Source of the DNA: Mobula hypostoma
Taxonomy: Eukaryota
Assembly (NCBI RefSeq): GCF_963921235.1
Contig: NC_086107.1
Span: 103,790,001-103,854,000 of the forward strand
DNA length: 64,000 bases
Direction: 5' to 3'
Both the position numbers and the translations under genes were made by a program. The notes under the pieces were generated by a model. The model ran no database searches. It was given only the letters and a program-made list of their open reading frames with translations, and had not been told where the DNA came from. This document shows positions 37,601 through 52,700 of this stretch, one piece after another; position 1 is the stretch's first letter, and every line of letters starts with the position of its first letter.

Positions 37601-40600
37601 GAGCAAGGGTGGCGGGGGGGCAGAGGGAGGCAGGAGACCAGCCTGGGGAGGGGGTGTGGGGTGGATGCCCATGGGGAGGAGGGGAGCGGGGCGAGCAGCC
37701 CAGACAGAGGGGGTCCTCTCAGAGGGCAGATGGGATTAGAAGGGGCAAGTGGTGAAGTCACAGGGAAGGGTCCAAAAGTGGGGCACACAGTCTCAAGGGA
37801 GGCCAAACAGATCAAAACTGCAGGAAAAAGGAGACCTTGGAAGATCGGTGGCAACATTGAAGGGCAAGATCCTGGGGTATTAGGGCAAGGAGGGCACTTC
37901 ATCACACATCCCCACCCAACCATCTTCCTGTCCCCAAATTCCCACCCACCTCCCTACCCTATTACACCCTCTCCCCTCACTCCATCCCACTCACCCCTTC
38001 CTGTCCAAACCAACCGCCCCCCCCCAACACACACACACACCTCCCACCTCCCCTCCCCACACCCTTTCTCCTCCTTCCTCCAATATTCCCACCCGAACCA
38101 CACACCTCCCCACAATGAAATCCATAACCCCTACTCACCACCTTCCTCTGTGTGTAAACCAGAACTCCGATGGTGATCTGGAATGCCATCAGGAACACAA
38201 GTAATATGAAGTACTGGGAACGACACAAGCAGACCGTGTGTGAGGCTGGCCACTACAACTGCACCCCCTCACACCATTTGCTGATCCACAACTCCGAACA
38301 GAAAGGGAACCACTCTGATACCTCCCCCACCCCTCCTTCAGCTTTCCTACACCAACTCCACATCTCTGAGGTTTCCTCATATCCCATGTCCCTCGTAGCA
38401 GTGCCTGTACTCACTGGAGTCTGGAGTTCAGGAGGTCTCAATGAAGACTACCAAGCATTGAAAGGCCTAGATGGAGTGAACATGGCGAGGATGCTTCCCG
38501 CAGTCGGGGAGTCTAGCATCAGAGGGCAAAGCTGAAGAATATGAGGATGTCACTTTGGAACAGAGATGAGGAGTTTCTTTAGCCAGTCTGTGGAAGTCTT
38601 TGTCCCAGATGGCTGTGGAGGCCAGATCATTGGGTATATTTAAAGTGGAAGTTGATAGGTTCTTGATTCAGGGCATCAAAGGTTACGGAGAGGAGGCAGG
38701 AGAATGGGGTTGAGAGGGATAATAGATCGGTCATGATGGAATGGCGGAGCGGATTCAAAGGGTTAAATGGCTTAATTCTGTTCCTGGGTCCTTATGGTCT
38801 TCTGGTCTATCCCTGGACTTGTAGGCCAAAGTCCCAACCCAACCCTCCCTCCACATAGATGGTGTTGAGCCTGTGGAATGCGTTGCCACGGGCACCTGTG
38901 GAGGCCAGGTCATTGGGTATATTTAAAGTGGAGGTCGATAGGTTCTTGATCAGTCAGGGAGTCAAAGGTCACGAGGAGAAGGCAGGACAATGAGGTTGAG
39001 AGGAAGAAAAATCAACCATGATTGAAGGGCGGGACAGGCACGATGGGCTCAATGGCCTAATTCTGCTCCTATGCCTATGGCCTTTATCAATTCCTGACCT
39101 CTGACCTCTGACCCATAGGCAACCTTTATCGAACACCTGCCGGGACCTCCCTCCTCCAATCTTTCAGCCGTCGCCAAAAAGAGGAACCAGGCGTAAACAA
39201 TATTAAATTAGAAGATGCCACCTCTTGAAAAGCCGCAAGAATTTTTTTGAGAAAAAGGGGAAATGAGTAATTTGAGCTGTTTCGATCATTTAGCCCAAAA
39301 TAAAACCGGGGTAAAGCACAAGTGTGAACGAGGGAGAATCTCTTCCTGTTGACAACCAACCCCAACACATGAAGTATCCAGATAAAAATCGGCGCCACCC
39401 CGCCCCCCCACCCCGAGCTCCTCAAGGAGAATGCTGGGAAAACTTAGCGAGTCAAGCTGTCTACATGGAGACAGAAGGTATTAAGTTGATCCTTCAGGTT
39501 GAGAGTGTGCACCAAGATTCAAAGTACCTTTATTGTCAAAAAATGTATAAATTATACAATCTTGAGATTTGCTTCCTCACAGGCAGTCACAAAAGGAACC
39601 CAAATTAAAGAAAAAAAATGAAAATAAAAATAAAAGGCCAACACTCGACGTGCAAGAGAAAGGGGGGAGAAAGCATCCTATAATGAGCAGAGTTGTGGTT
39701 TTTGAGGAGGATGCAAAGAATATCATGGACGAAACGAATATCTAACGAGGACATCATGAACAGAGCAAACACAAAAAGAGAAATAATGTATGAGATCATG
39801 AAAAGGCAACGAAACTTCATTGGACATGTGATTAGGAAAGAGGAATTAAAATGCATGGTAATTATGGGAAAGATTGAAGGGAAGAAAGCAAGAGGAAGGC
39901 AAAGACAAATGATGATGGAGACAGCAGCCAGAGAACTGGAAATGAATACCAATGAATTGATCCACTTGACCCGAAACAGGAGTGTGTGGGCCATGGCAGT
40001 CAAAGCTCAAACTGGGCACAGCACCTGATGATGATGATGATTATGAGGCGACCAGAACTGAATGCAATACTCCAAGTGTGGTCTAACCAGGGACTTATAG
40101 AGCTGCAACATTACCTCGTGGCTCTTGAACTCAATCCCCGACTAATGAAGGCCAACATACCCGTCCACCTTTTTAACTGCCCTGAAAACCTGTAAGTGTT
40201 GCAATCATGCAACTAAGCCATCAACAGCAAAATGGTTAGACACGGAGCAGTGATCCCTCTGCACCGGGGGCCCCAACCATTTTTACGCCATGGACTCCCA
40301 CCATTAAGGAAAGGGACCATGCACCCCAAGTTGGGAACCCCTGCTCTACACGGTCCCATTACGCAGTCCCAATGCACGGTTCCGAGACAACAGTGGCGCA
40401 ATGGTGCGGATGCTTTACACCTGGAGAGATCCTGGTTCAGTCCTGACCTCGGGCACTGTCTACGTGCGACAGCATGTTTCCCCTCAGAGCTCTGGTTTCT
40501 TCCCCACGCCCTGATGGTAGGTTAATTGGATGCTGTAAATTGCCCGTAGTGAGGGGGTGAATGGTGGAACTTAAGGGGAGGTGACGTCGGAATTTTAAAA

Positions 40601-43600
40601 TAATGATTAATGTACTATTACAGGGGTGAGGATGGATAGTAAAGACCTAACGGGCCAATTGGCCTAATTCCATGCTGCCTCTGTCTGAGTGAGAAGGGCA
40701 GCAGGGGTCGGACAGAGAGGGAAAAAGCTCCCAGAAATAGAAGAGGCTCTGATTATACTGCGTCCCCTTTAACATGCCTCCAGCTAACTGTGCAGACGCG
40801 TGACCCCCCCACCCCCACCCCCATGCCCTTCCCGACAGGCTCCAGGCTGCGAAGAATCTGCCCTTTGTTCTGCCAGCTCCCACACACTGGGAACTACCAT
40901 TGCCACTTGTCTCCACACAGTCGCTACGCCTCAGCCGAGGGGGGGGGGGCGGCCAGAGAGTCTTCTATCAACCCTCCCTCCATTCCCGACACTTTGCCCA
41001 TTTCTGAGAAACAACTTTATGCAAAAATTTGCAGAGTTTTGTTTTGAGATTCAAACCAGGAGTGGCTGAAAGCTTTGGGGTACTCGAGTGAGGAACAGAT
41101 GTTTACTGAAAGGTCCTCTCTTTCTTTATTTAGCAGTTGGTTGGTTTTCCCCACCTTAAAAACTCGTTGCGCACAATTACAGCAAGAATGCTGAAACTCT
41201 CTCCTTCCTCTCGGGTCAAGACACTGTCGACAAGAGAGGCTGCCGATGCTGGAATCTGCAGCAACGCAGAAGGTACTGGAGGAACTCAGCGGGTCAGGCG
41301 GCAGCTGTGGAGGGAACTGAGCTGCTGATGTTTGGGGTCTTCGAGGGTCTTGACGCGAAATGTCAACTGCCCGTTCTGCATTTCATTATCGACATTAACC
41401 CCAGTCCAAACCCATCCACTCAGCCCTCCTCCCAGAACTGCCTTTTCCCCGTGGGTAAGGCGACGATCAAATCAGACAGCCCTCACCAGCCCTACCCCGA
41501 CCATCAACCTCCCAATCACAGCAATCCTACGCAAAGGACATTTTCATCCTCCCCACAGTCATAGGCTGCTATAGCTCCGAAACAGGCCCTTCGGCCCCTC
41601 TAGGCTGTGCCAAACTGTTAATCTGCATCGTCCCATTGACCTGCACCTGGAGCACACCCCTCCCGAGTACTTTTTCAAATTTATCTTAAATGTTGAAACC
41701 TGCATCCAACCACTTCCACATTAACTTCCGCATCCCCCCCCGCCACATGAGGGGAAATTTATAACGATACTGACTCGTACATCTTTGGGAAGGGGAACCA
41801 GAGCACCTGGGTTCCAGGGAGAACGTGCAAACTCCACATAGAAAGCACCTCCTCCCACTGGGCAGAAAGTACAAAAGCCTGAGAAAATGTACCAGCATCA
41901 GCTTCTATCCCAGTGCTATCAGACTCTTAAGAGCTCCCCTCGAGCTAACAGATGGAGTCTTGATCTCAAAGTCTACCTCATCGTGGCCCTGTAACTGGAT
42001 CACTTTACTCTGCTTTCAGTTGTTGCTCTTTCCCCCGGTCCCACCTCCCTGCACTGACGTGATGAAATATCCTGTACGGACGGCAATGGAAACAAAGTTT
42101 TTCACCGCACCTTGCTGCACGCGGCAATGACGGCCCAGTTTGCCGAGGTCAGGATCGAACCCGGGCCTCTGCGGTTGTGAGGCCGCGGCTCCACCGCTTC
42201 ATCGACCGCCTTCGCCCCACCCAGCGCAAAACGTGGGACTTCCTGATGGGCACTCGCTTCAATTCTATTTCCCATTCCGACATGTCAGTCCGGGGCCCCC
42301 GCTATGGCCAGGGAAAGGCCGGACTCAGGTTGGAGGAGCAACACCTTATCTTCCATCTGGGTGGCCTCCAACATTCTCTAGTTTGAAGCTCCTGATGCAG
42401 GGCCTCAGTCCACAAACATTTCTTAACCAGTAAGTCAACAAGCCAAAGTTTGAACTGGATTATGCAAGTCAAGGACAGTGACAGCAGGAACATCGATTTC
42501 TCAAACTTCCAGTAACTGCCTCCCCGCCCCCACCTTCTCTTTCACCGTTCCCCATTCCTGTTTCCCTCTCCTACCTTATCTCCTTACCTGCCCATCACCT
42601 CCCTCAGGTGCTCCTCCTCCTTCCCTTTCTTCTACCCTCTCCTATAGATTCCCCCTTCTCCAGCCCCGTATCTCTTTCACCAATCAACTTCCCAGCTCTT
42701 TACTTCAACCCTTTCCCCTCTCCCGCTTTCACCTTTAACCCAGCACCTTGTACTTCTTCCTCCCTCCTCCCCCTCAACCTCATGTTCTGACTTTCCAGTC
42801 CTGATGAAGGGTCTCCGTTAGAAACGTTGACTGTTTACTCTTTTCCATAGGTGCTGCCTGGCCTGCTGAGTTCCTCCAACATTTTGTGTGTGTTGATCTG
42901 GATTTCCAGCATCTGCAGGCTTTCTTGTGTTTTGGGCCCTACCGGCTGCCCCATCCAGCTCCCCCATCTGATCAGATCAACCCCATTGCTTCCCTCAGCT
43001 CGCAGTCCCCTGAGTACACCAGCATCAAAATCTCTGACGGACTCCCCCCAAACCATCCCCCCCCCCCGCGTGGCACAGAGACCCTTCTCTGTGTGTCTGG
43101 ATTCCCCCCACACACACCCCAACGTCCAACACGGCGCCCGCCCCCATCCTGCGACGTCAGCGCTGTGACACAGGAAGCATGGCTGCCTCTGTACACAGCG
43201 AGATCCCACTCAGAGGGACGCGACGGGGACCTGCGCGGAGCCAGTTCGGGCCGCACCCCTCTCGTGCCCTCCCCCTCCTCCCACGGGCAGGAAGGGAATC
43301 ACTGGAGTGTTCGCGGCTGAACCCGCGTGGACCGGATGCCTCGAGCTGTCCTGACAAGTGGAGTGCGAGCAGACGACAAAAGTTAGGAGAGGGGGCAGGT
43401 GGCGTTGAGGAGGCAGGGAGTCTTCAGAAAGACTTGGACAGATTAGGAGAATTGGACAAAGGAGTGGCAGTACGGTCATGGACTTCGGTGAGAGGAATAA
43501 AGGCAAAGATTATTTTCAAAACTGGGAGTGAATTTAGAAATCAGAGGTGCAGAGAGGTGCACCACAGGATTCCCTAAAGGATAACTTCAGTAGTAAGAAG

Positions 43601-46600
43601 GCAAATGCCCTGTTAGCAGAGAATTTCCAGGGGACTAGAATATAAAAGCAAGAATGTAACGCTGAGGCTTCGTAAGGCGTTGGTCAGACTGCACTTGGAG
43701 TATCGTGAGCCGGTTTTGGGCCCGTGATCGAATGGCGGAACAGACTCAATGGGGCATCTGGCCAAATTCTGTCCCCACACCCAGTGGCCACTTTCTCAGG
43801 TACGCCTGCACACCTCGTTAATGCAAATATCTAATCAGCCAAGCTGGCGGCAGCAACTCAAGGCATAAAAGCATGCAGACATGGTCAGGAGGTTCAGTTG
43901 TTGTTCAGGCCAAACCTCAGAACGGGGAGGAAACATGATCTAAGTGACTATGACTGTCAGATGACCGTTGGTGCCAAATGAGGTGATTTGAATCTCAGAA
44001 ACTGCTGATCTCCTGGGAGTTTCAGCCACGGCGGTCTCTGGAGTTTACAGAGAACAGTGTGAAAAACAAAAAAAAACATCCAGTGAGCGGCGGTTCTGAG
44101 GGTGAAAACGCTTTGTTAACGAGAGAGGTCAGAGGAGAATGGCCAGACTGGTTCAAGCTGACAGAAAGGTGACAGTAACTCAAAGAATCACACATTACAA
44201 CAGCGAGAAGAGCATCTCTGAACACACAGCATGTCAAGCCTTGAAGTGGATGGGCTACAGAGGCGGAAGATCACAAACATACACCTAGTGGCCACTTTAT
44301 TAGGTACAGGAGCTACCTCATAAAATGGCCACTGACTGGATGCCTTATGATCTGTTGTTTGCTGATATGATCAGCTTTTGTCCCTCCTCTTTATTCACAC
44401 CCGGAATGAAGGGGGAGGAGCTGGGACTGCAGGTGTCAGTGACATTGGCGGTCACCACTACCTCAGTCCCCGGCCGGCAGTCTGCCACAACACCCGTGTG
44501 AAGAGCTGTCCAGCCAAGCTTCGGTCAGTGCCGGCTGCAGGGCCGTGCGGCCCGGCTAACAGGCTTTGGTCTCGGCGGTTGCCAGCGCCGCGCCTACTTA
44601 CAATTCCCAACATGCACTTGATTTCCTTCAGCGCACCGAGGCACCCGAGGAACCCCATCATCATGGTGAAGATGCCGAGGCCGGAGAACAAGTACGACCA
44701 GAGGTGGAGAGGGACCGATGCGGTTTCTGGTGGGGAACAGCAGGCAGGTCACCAAAATGGGCCAACGTCACATGGCTGCATACGCAGATACATGGGCTCA
44801 CACACGTGTACACTCAAATACACACAGAGACAAACACGCACACACAAAAAAATACACACACACGCACACACACAACACATCCACAAACACACACACACAA
44901 AAACACACCCACAAACACACTCACATACAGAAACACAGGCGTGCACACCTCTCAAAGAGCAGAGAACACGGTACAGCACAGAAACAGGCCTTTCACCCCA
45001 CATTGTTGTACCAAACTAATTAAACTAGTAACTAACCTAATCCTAAACAAGAGAAAATCTGGAAATCTGAGCAACACACACAAAATGCTGGAGGAACTCA
45101 GCAGGCCAGGCAGCATCTATGGAAAAAGTTGACATTTCGGGCCAAGACCCTTTGACGTGTGCTTTTTCCCATAGATGCTGCCTGGCCTGCTGAGTTCCTC
45201 CAGCATTTTGTGTGTGTTACTAAACTAATCCTTCTGTCTACACCACATCCATACACCGCGTCCCCCCCCCCCCACATTCTCTGCATATTCACGTACCTGT
45301 GTACAAGTCTTTTAAATGCCTCTATCACTTCCTCTACTACCACCTCAGGCTTCTGAGGGTTCTGAGTACCCTCCTTCACAGAGTGAGAACAACATGGGAA
45401 AAGATCCTTCACAGAGTGAGAACAACATGGGAAAAGATCCTTCACAGAGTGAGAGCAACATGGGAAAAGATCCTTCACAGAGTGAGAACAGGATGGGAAA
45501 AGATCCTTCACAGAGTGAGAACAACATGGGAAAAGATCTTTCACAGAGTGAGAACATGGGAAAAAATCCTTCACAGAGTGAGAACAGCATGGGAAAAGAT
45601 CCTTCACAGAGTGAGAACAGGATGGGAAAAGATCCTTCACAGAGTGAGAACAGGATGGGAAAAGATCCTTCACAGAGTGAGAACAACATGGGAAAAGATC
45701 CTTCACAGAGTGAGAACAACATGGGAAAGATCCTTCACAGAGTGAGAACAGGATGGGAAAAGATCCTTCACAGAGTGAGAACAACATGGGAAAAGATCCT
45801 TCACAGAGTGAGAGCAACATGGGAAAAGATCCTTCACAGAGTGAGAACAGGATGGGAAAAGATCCTTCACAGAGTGAGAACAACATGGGAAAAGATCTTT
45901 CACAGAGTGAGAACATGGGAAAAAATCCTTCACAGAGTGAGAACAGCATGGGAAAAGATCCTTCACAGAGTGAGAACAGGATGGGAAAAGATCCTTCACA
46001 GAGTGAGAACAGGATGGGAAAAGATCTTTCACAGAGTGAGAACATGGGAAAAGACCCTTCACAGAGTGAGAACAACATGGGAAAAGATCCTTCACAGAGT
46101 GAGTACAACATGGGAAAAGGCCCTTTTGCCCAACTTGTCCGTGCTGTAGCATTAGACATTTCAACCCTGGGATAAAAATATCAGCTCTTTATCCCATCTA
46201 TGCCTCCTATAATGACAAATGCACTGACACGTACACATACTCACAGACGCGTGCACATAGACACACATACACACACGCACAGAGCTACAATGATACAAAC
46301 ACACACACACAGTGCTACAAAGATACAAACACACACACAAAGATACAAATACACACACAGCTACAAAGATACAAACACACACATATAGCTACAAAGATAC
46401 AAACACACACAGTTACAAAGATACAAACACACACACAAAGATACAAACACACACATATAGCTACAAAGATACAAACACACACACACAGCTACAAAGATAC
46501 AAACACACACACAAAGATACAAACACACACAAATAGCTACAAACACACACATATAGCTACAAAGATACAAACACACACACACAGCTACAAAGATACAAAC

Positions 46601-46722
46601 ACACACAAATAGCTACAAACACACACACAGCTACAAAGATACAAACACACACACAAAGATACAAACACACACACACAGCTACAAAGATACAAACACACAC
46701 ACAAAGATACAAACACACACAT

Positions 46723-46758
<36 letters not shown>

Positions 46759-49700
46759 CTACAAAGATACAAACACACACACAAAGACACAAACACACAC
46801 AAATAGCTACACACACACAGCTACAAAGATACAAACACAAACACACACACACACACAGCTACAAAGATAAAAACACACACAAAGATACAAACACACACAC
46901 ACAGCTACAAAGATACAAACACACGCATGCACACACACACACACACACACGAATGCAATTCAGAACTCTTATAAAACCACTCCCACTCACAGTACCTACC
47001 TGATCCATAAGGGACAAGAGTCTCTCACCAGACTAGACTCTCCCTGCCCACCCCTCCCTGCTGCTCCAGGGATCATTAATTACCAAAAAAATAACATTGA
47101 TCACTTTCTCTGATAGAGGCTGGCAGATTTTTAGCACTCGGGGCATTGTGTGCAGTTCTGGTCACCCCATTACAGGAAGGATGTGGAGGCTTTGGAGAGG
47201 GTGCAGAGGAGTGTTACATGGAGAATGGGGCACTTGACTGCTCATTCCCTCTGTCACTGAATAAGATCAAGGCTGGACATTTCCCACAGTGAGGCTTTCC
47301 TTCAGTAACTCCACGTCCTGTAGGATGTTGAAGAGCACGGCATAAGAACTGACCCTTTGGGTGATGAGTTCTGCACCAAACACAATGCTGAATCCAACCA
47401 ATTCCCTTCTGCCTGTACGTGATCCTTTCTTCTTAATGGTTCGGTGTCTGTATCTGGGTGTCAGCATTCTAGCCCAACCCTAACTGGCCTCCGGAAGGTG
47501 ATGGTGCACGTTGAGTTGGTCGGGTGAACAATTGTTTTCTCTGTGCTGCAGATCACGGTCTGCCTGTTGCTTGCTTGGTGGGTGGTGGGTTCTGATCTTT
47601 TTTTGCTGAAATGAGTGGGGGGGAGGAGGAGGGGGGAGAGTTGATGCTTTGCTGCTGCTTGTGCGTGGGAGGGAGGGATTGGGGAGGGCCTTTGGGGTTT
47701 TAACGTTTTTACTGTCACTCATTCTTTGGGGTACTCCTCTGTTTTTGTGGATGTCTGTGAAGAGTAAGAATTTCAGGTTGTATACTATATACATTCTCTG
47801 ATATTAAATGGAACTATTGAAGTATTGAGCCTCCCTGAGGGGCTGCTGAGCGTGCGATGAAGGAATCCCCCACAACACTGTTGGGGTGGGAGTTCCAAGA
47901 CCCCAGAATACAGAAAGGCTGGTCACGATTTCCAGTCGCCACGGTGCGTGACCAGGAGGGCGTCGTGCAGACAGTGGTGATCCCCTGCCCCCCCGTTACC
48001 CTCATCCTTCTTGGGGGTAGAGGTCACAAGTGTAGAAGGTGGCTATCAGACTACCCCAGGCAAGTCACTCTGCAGCCACAGATGAGTGCTCAGGGGTGTT
48101 GATGATGTGTCAGCCAAGTGGGCTGGATTGTCCTGGATGGGATTAACCCTCTTGAGAGCCGCTGGTGGTGCGGGCACCCAGGCTACCGGAACGCATTCCT
48201 TAACACCCCAGACTCATGCTTTGTAGATGATAGGCAGGCGTTGGGGTGTCAGGAAGTAAGTCAGTCACTGTACGATACCCAGGCTCTCCACCTTCCCCTG
48301 TAAGTGATGTGGCTGGTCCAACTGAGATTCGGGTCAATGAAAGGCAAAGATAGAGTGAGCATGGAGAGGATGTTTCCTGTAGTCTAGGCCTAGAGAGCAC
48401 AGCCTCAGAATACAAGGGCATCCCTCCACAGCAGACATGAGGAGGAATTTCTGGGGCCAGATGGTGGTGAATCTGTAGAATTCATTGCCACAAGTGGCTG
48501 TGGAGACCAAGTCATTGGGAATATTTAAAGTGGAGGCTGATAGGTTCTCCATTAGTCAGGGCATCAAAAGTTACAGGGAGAAGGCAGGAGAGTGGGGTTG
48601 AAAGGGATAATAAATCAGCCATGTTGGAATGGCTGAGCAGACTCGATGGGTTGAATGGCCTAATTTTGGTTCAAAGTCTTTATGGTCTTCTGGTCTATAT
48701 ATACAAAGGTCGATCAATCCGTAGACCCACAGACCAAACTCCCAACCCTTGCCAGCCTGTCACACACTGGAGAGTGGTGAATCTGTGGAATTCAGTGCCA
48801 CAGGCAGCTGTGGAGGCCAATTAATTGGGTACACTTAAAGCAGAGGTTGATAGGTTCCTAATTAGTCAGGGCATCAAAGGTTAAGGGGAGAAAGCAGGAG
48901 AATGGGGTTGAGAGGGTTAATAAATCAGCCATGATGGAATGGTAGAGCAGACTCGATGGGCCGAATAGCCCAATTCTGCTCCAATGACCTATGGTGACCC
49001 CATTCCTCACCCCCTCAGGACATTGACGGTGGGAGGTCTGACGAAAGTTGGTGGTTAGGTCCTCCCTTCTCAGAAATGGTGACTGCCTGGTACTTCCCTG
49101 GCACAAGTGCGACCGATGGCTTACAAGCCCAAGCCTGGATGTTCTCAAACCTTGCTGTATGTGGGCTTGAGCTGCTTCGTTTGATGAGGAAATGTAAATG
49201 CTATTGAATATCGTGCCTGCTTCTGGTCGTATGATGGAAGGAAGATCATTGATGAAACAGCTGAAGGTGCTTGGGACGAGGAACAAGGATCTCCTGCAGT
49301 GATGTCCCAGAGCTGGAACTATTGGCCTCCAACAACCACAGCCATCTTCTCTTATGTAAAGGACAACCCCTTTGATGACCATTGACCAGTTTTACCAGAT
49401 CCTGGCAAAACCCAATCTGGGCATCAGTGAGCTGGGCTTTGGGGAGTAAATGCCAGTTGAATTCAACGATGACTTCCATCTGATGATGTCTCTCTCACAT
49501 GGTGACAAAGCGTTTGCAGATGGATTGCCAAGATGGGAGAACAACTCAACTCAAACCTTCAACCACTGAGTTACACATTTTCCGAGTTACTTACAATGAC
49601 CTTTCACTTTACTGAAGGTCAAGAGGAGATGGATTGGGTGGCGGTTAGTCAGATTGGATTTACAAAGCATAGTACATGGAACAGCACGGTGTAGGCCCTT

Positions 49701-52700
49701 CAGCCCACCTTTAACTTAATCCAAGAGCAATTTAACCCTTCTCTCGCACACAACCCTTCATTTTTCTTTCATCTTTGTGCCTATCTAAGAGTCTCTTAAA
49801 GGCCTCCTAATGTGTCTGTCTCCACCACCACCCTCATTAGTGTGTCCCGCGCTCTCCGGGTAAAAACACCTACCTCTGATATGCCCCCTATACTTTCCTC
49901 CAAACGCCTTAAAAGTATGTCACCTCACATTAGCCACTGCTGCCCTGGGAAAGAGGCACTGACTATCCACCTTAACAATGCCTCTTATCGTATTAGACAT
50001 CTCTGTCAAGTCACCTCTCATCCAGCTTTGCTCCAAAGAGAAAAACCCCTAGCTTGCTCAATCTTTCCTCATAAGACATGGAAATGTCAAATCTCCTCTG
50101 CACCCTCTCTGACCCCTGTCTTGCTTTCTGTGAACAGGAAGAGCCTGGGCATTTTCCACAGTGTTGGCTGGATGCCGGTGTTGTAACCGCACTCGAGTAA
50201 CTTGGCTCTAGGCACAGCCCATTTCTAGAGTCAGGGTGCTGCCCGGTGCCACAGTCTCTGCTATCTCCAGCACTCTCAGTGGATCCAACCCCGCACTTCC
50301 GCTGGAGCCTCGACACCTCGGTCCTGTGCATCGCTCTCACATTCTTGGAAATGAAGAGGTCCCTGGTGACAGGTCCACCGCCACACGGGGACTGGACGCG
50401 GCTCGGACTGACTGAGCCTCACTCTGATTGTTGGCTGTGAAGTGACTTTGCTGCATCAACTGCTAACTGTGTCTATTCCCTTTTATATTCTCAGCATCTT
50501 GATAAAACCCTCTGCATCTTCTCTTAGTGGTGTCACATCCTTCCTGTGGTGGGGGAGCTGGAATTTACCAGCTGCGGTCGAACAATTGCAAGTTTAACAT
50601 ATTCTCTCTGATCTGGCACTCCAATGATGGCAGAGAGCTGGTATATGACATCCCTAACCGTCTAAACCTACCTGTCCAGGGTTAGTCGCTCTCATTCCAC
50701 ACGTGCCAACAAACTTACCCCACCCCCCTCTCCAATTATCTTAGCCCTGCCAGTACTCTGGCATGGATGGCTGAGGGTGTCAAGGCTCATAAAGCACCTG
50801 AACAGGCCTTCGGTCCATGTCTGCACCAACAATTAAGTTGTATATATATTACTACAGTACTCCGCAGAAGTCTTAGGCACCCTAGCTGTATATATCTGCC
50901 CAAGACTTTTGCACAGCACTAATCTTGCTTGCCAGCACTTGGTCTGTCACGTCGTATGCCTTGGTGATTGAAGTCCTTCAGGGTTGTGAGAGAACCTGTC
51001 TCCACTGCTGCCCCTCAGGGAGAGCAAGTCCAGCTCCCCACCGTCCTCTAAGTGCAAAGGTGTTCTTCCTGAGGTCCCCTCTAAACTTGCCACCCCAATC
51101 TAGGACAACGTCAGCAACTCAGATACGCCAACAGAAAGAGTGAGAAGGATTCAGGCCAACGGGGGACACGGGCCGCTCGTTCTACTTACCCAGCACTGCA
51201 ATGAAGCTCGTTTTGTCAATAAGAATCCAAAGGCCAAAACCCAACATCACTCCGCCCAGGAACTGCAAAGGGTTAAAAAGGAGGGATCAGCTCGCAATTG
51301 CTTCACATCCAGTGCCAGCGCTTAACACCAAAGTTTGACAGCCTGCACTCGCTGGAGTTTAGAAGAACCAGGAGGGAAACCTACCGAGTATTGAAAGGCC
51401 TAGATAAGAGTGGACGTGGAGAAGATGCTTCCTGTAGTGGGGGAGTCTAGGACTAGAGGGCACAGCCTCTGAAAACAAGAGCATCTCTTTAGAGATGAAG
51501 AGGAATTTTTTTAGCCTGAGGGTGGTGAATCTGTGAAATTTACGGCCACCGATGGCTGTGGAGGCCAAGTGATTGGGTATTTTAAATTGGTTAGTCAGGG
51601 CATCAGAGGTTACAGGGAGAAGGCAGGAGAATAGGGTTGAGAGGGAAAATAAATTAATCACGATGGAATGGCGGAGCAGACTCAAAGGGTTAATTACGGT
51701 CTCGCGGCCTAAAGCAGAGTAAGTGTCTTCTGGCTTTACATGGGTTCAGCTGAGGTGTTCAGGAACACCCTGTTAGCTGGTAAGGTCAAGTTCAAAGCTA
51801 CACCACAGCAGGAGAATGATTCCCAAACACCAGTACCTGGCTACAGGCCTCAAACAGCTTTGGTGGGCCAACAGATCTACACCAAACTACCCAGCCACCT
51901 CCCCATCTTCTGAACAAATTGCCACGATTCAGTCAATGTCCCTGTACCGCCGAGACACGGAACCCTGCAGCTGCTAGAATCGGGAGTGAAAACAGAAAAA
52001 AAAAACTGCTGGAGGAACTCAGGGGGTCAGGCAGCATCTGGGGAGGCAGAGGGACAATCGGCGTTTCAGGTCTGCATTTGGACTGTCCTGTCTCTGGGCG
52101 TAGTCAGTGTGAGTGGAGATGAGAGTATAGCTCCCTCTACACTGTCCCAGCAAATGCCCACAGGACAGGGGCAGGCCTAGTTGGATTCAGAGTGAAGCTC
52201 TCGCCATACCAGGGGTTCCCAACCTTTTTTCATGCCATGGACTGATGCCATTAAGCAAGGAGTCCGTGGACCTCAGGGAACCCCTGCTCTGTACCGTGCC
52301 ATCACAAACTCACAGGGACAGGAGTATGGGTTAGGAGGAGAAATGGAAGAAAAGGGTTGAACATGGAGCAGAGGTGTTTTATCGCAATCCTGGCACACAC
52401 TTGCAGCTCAGGGAGAAGCAGGGGTAAAGAACTGCATGGAGAAGTGATGCGGAAGATTGTGACATCAGAACAGCGAGGTGCTGGTCTCCGCTCTCGTTGT
52501 TGCACGAGCGACCTCTCTCTCCCTCGCTGGAGATACCAAAGGGCTGGGTTATGGACTCTAGTTCAGGATCTCTTTTGGGGGGCTTTTGCTATTGCTTGCG
52601 TGGTGGGAGAAGGGAGTGGGGGGGGTCAGTGTTTCTGCTGGTGCGTTAGTAGTGGGAGGGGCGTGTCGATTATTCTGCGGCTGCTTGTGCGTGGGGCGGG

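Noticed and set aside
17683..40028. Intact transposase or reverse transcriptase genes
   Set aside because: All Tc1, CR1, Rex1, RTE and Penelope coding pieces are short truncated or frameshifted remnants.
45098..46175. 353-aa and 277-aa ORFs
   Set aside because: They are translations of the 33-bp minisatellite and flanking repeats, with an internal frameshift.
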